The translations under genes and the position numbers were made by a program. A stretch of 64,000 bases of DNA from an uncultured bacterium (GTDB lineage Bacteria; Acidobacteriota; JAQAZP01). Positions 62,138 to 64,000 of the stretch are shown here, piece after piece. The notes below the pieces were generated by a model. That model searched no databases. It had not been told where the DNA came from and saw only the letters and a program-made list of their open reading frames with translations. Location of the stretch: contig CBESOE010000004.1 of NCBI GenBank assembly GCA_965531145.1, forward strand, positions 24,912 through 88,911, written 5' to 3'. Position 1 is the stretch's first letter, and the number at the start of each line of letters is the position of its first letter.

Positions 62138-64000
62138 AAGGCCTGACCCAACTGATCCTCAGGGAGGTGGGCACCCGCCGCCGGGTGTTTCTCCTGGCCG
62201 CCCTGATCGCCCTCCTGCCCTTCCTGCTCCCCTACTTGCCGGGGATGAAACCCTATGATCCGGCAACCCTCCGACCCACCTCGGCCCTCGCGCTGGCCGC
62301 CGGATTCTCGGTGGCCCTCTCCCTGATTCTCGGGGGTACGGTGATCGGCCGCGATTTGTCAGAGAGGCGGTTCGGGTTCTACTTTTCCCGGCCGCTGTCC
62401 GGTCTGACGGTGTGGGCCGGCAAGATGACCGGCACCCTGATTCTGATTATAGCGGTGGCGTTGATCGTGCTCATTCCGGCCTTCCTCGTCACCCTGCTGC
62501 CCGGGGCTGATGCCGTCCGCGGCCGAACGGTTTTCATGGAAGTGTTCAAGATGCCTTCCGTGGGCTTATTCCTGTTCTCTGTTTTCCTGCTCCTCGGGCT
62601 GGCACATGCCGTGAGCATTCTGGCCCGGGCCCAGTCAGCCTGGATCATGGCGCCCATCGCCGCGGGTGTGGCCGCGGCGTCGGTGGTCTGGCATTCCGCC
62701 ATCCCCCTGATCACGCTGGGCGGCGCATACGTCATCTCATCCCTGCTGCTGATGAGCGGCCTGCTGGTATCGCTCTTCCTGGCCGGCCTGCTCCAGGTGC
62801 TGCTGGGACGAGCTGATTTGAAACGGGGGGCCCGGGTGCTGGCCCTGGTGCTCACCGGAGGCCTGCTGATCAGCAGTTCGATTCATGCCGGGTATTCCTC
62901 GTGGATCATGGCCACGGAACCGCAGGACCTGGCGTATATCAATGGAGCCATGGCCGGTGGTGAGGGGAGCTGGGTCTATCTCACTGGCCCCGTGGAACGC
63001 GGGGGTACGAAATACCACCAGTCCTTCCTGTTTGAAACAACCAGCGGGCGCTGGCTGCGCACAGGAAAGCCGTGGCACGGATCGTCCAGTGTCGACTTCA
63101 CTCCCGATGGCCGACGCGCAATCTGGATTCTGCATGAATCTGACCCGCTTGGCGGAAACCTGACAAACCAGATCTGGACCGTCGATCTGGAAGAGCCGGA
63201 CAGCCAGCCGGAACAGGTGTTGGAACTCGACGAATGGATTCGGACGGTGGCGCTGTCAGCAACCGGCAACCGCCTCGCCCTGGTCACCGGCAACGACTTG
63301 CAGGTATACGATCTGGATTCGGGGCGGCTGCTAGCCGCCGCCCGCACCTGCCAGGAGTTGAGATACCACCGGATCATCTTCTCCAACCCGGACCTGGTCC
63401 GGTTCTACCGCACCGCAACCCGTGGAGAAGTGGCAAAGCTCGATCCCGGCTTGCCCGAGGAGCAGACGGCTCATGGTGCCCTGGTGATTGCTGAACTGGA
63501 CGTGGCACAGGGAGAGTTCCATCACCTGGGGATCATCCCGAGCGGAGCCTACGGGCTGTACGGAGTCTCCTGGTCACGGGATGCGGAGCGGATGACGATT
63601 CAGGTGAGGGATGGGGACACCAGTTCGATTTACCTGCACAACGGCAGGACCGGCGAACGCATTATGCAACTGGGGCAGAGAGACCGGTCTCGCTCGGATT
63701 CGGCACACCTGCTCTTCGATGGAAGGATTGTCACCCTGCAAGAGTTGGAAGACTCGACCAATCTAATTCTTTATTCCTCCGAAGGCACCGAAATACGCAC
63801 GATCAGGATTGCTGATGGCTTGAGGGAGATTGAGGGGGAAGTTGCACCCGGCCTGCTGGCGCTGCGGATAATCTCGTTCCTGCGGGAATCGGGCATCCGA
63901 GTACAGTCCGAATGCTATCTTGTTGACCTCGATACCGGTCTCTGCCGGCAACTCGGCCGGGATATCCTTCCGGTGATGGGCAGCTTGCGAGGTGTCGCCG
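62134..64000 (+). CDS. ABC-2-type membrane permease with a large C-terminal extracytoplasmic beta-propeller/TolB-like domain; 3' end runs off the window
   Basis: Open frame from ATG 62134 with no stop to position 64000 (read manually; absent from the track because no in-window stop). ~6 TM helices (aa 15-290), then a soluble region with repeated beta-rich segments (...IWILHESDPLGGNLTNQIWTVDLEEP...RLALVTGNDLQVYDLDSGRLL...). Confidence 0.6.
   Translation, partial: MKGLTQLILREVGTRRRVFLLAALIALLPFLLPYLPGMKPYDPATLRPTSALALAAGFSVALSLILGGTVIGRDLSERRFGFYFSRPLSGLTVWAGKMTGTLILIIAVALIVLIPAFLVTLLPGADAVRGRTVFMEVFKMPSVGLFLFSVFLLLGLAHAVSILARAQSAWIMAPIAAGVAAASVVWHSAIPLITLGGAYVISSLLLMSGLLVSLFLAGLLQVLLGRADLKRGARVLALVLTGGLLISSSIHAGYSSWIMATEPQDLAYINGAMAGGEGSWVYLTGPVERGGTKYHQSFLFETTSGRWLRTGKPWHGSSSVDFTPDGRRAIWILHESDPLGGNLTNQIWTVDLEEPDSQPEQVLELDEWIRTVALSATGNRLALVTGNDLQVYDLDSGRLLAAARTCQELRYHRIIFSNPDLVRFYRTATRGEVAKLDPGLPEEQTAHGALVIAELDVAQGEFHHLGIIPSGAYGLYGVSWSRDAERMTIQVRDGDTSSIYLHNGRTGERIMQLGQRDRSRSDSAHLLFDGRIVTLQELEDSTNLILYSSEGTEIRTIRIADGLREIEGEVAPGLLALRIISFLRESGIRVQSECYLVDLDTGLCRQLGRDILPVMGSLRGVA

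Overview
High-GC (~65-67%) bacterial chromosomal segment, densely coding on both strands (~45 genes, roughly 90% coding). Many 4-bp start/stop overlaps indicate operons. Most long ORFs in the supplied track are antisense or alternate-frame artefacts of GC-rich DNA (Gly/Ala/Val/Arg/Pro-rich, no motifs); the real genes are listed below. No rRNA, tRNA, CRISPR array, integrase or transposase was recognised. The gene content points to a diderm bacterium with a large secretome: TonB-dependent receptor with an N-terminal CarboxypepD_reg-like domain, FadL, several outer-membrane beta-barrels, and an Acidobacteria-type VWA protein. The lineage is possibly Acidobacteriota- or Gemmatimonadota-like (low confidence). 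Notable content, from start to end: (i) an ECF sigma/anti-sigma pair flanked by two paralogous PDZ-only secreted proteins; (ii) three unrelated secreted enzymes that all end in the same ~350-aa seven-blade FG-GAP beta-propeller; (iii) an M16 peptidase pair with FKBP and cyclophilin PPIases; (iv) a 940-aa protein with a novel 4x115-aa repeat plus PEGA and VCBS domains; (v) a YdbH-like AsmA-family gene followed by a YnbE::YdbL fusion; (vi) nth, then feoAB with a DtxR-family regulator and shared TTAG...CTAA operators; (vii) an LPS/polysaccharide cluster (GT9, B12-radical SAM, GT2, Wzy/WaaL-like, UGM-like flavoenzyme); (viii) a DA1-like protein with five LIM-type zinc fingers and an HExxH peptidase domain; (ix) most strikingly, an 851-aa protein with 34 CxxCH haem-binding motifs whose stop overlaps the ATG of a 550-aa outer-membrane beta-barrel, a candidate porin-cytochrome electron conduit; (x) a GntR(YtrA-like)-ABC operon running off the window end. 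A perfect AT-rich 35-bp inverted-repeat element lies in the nth/ydbH spacer.
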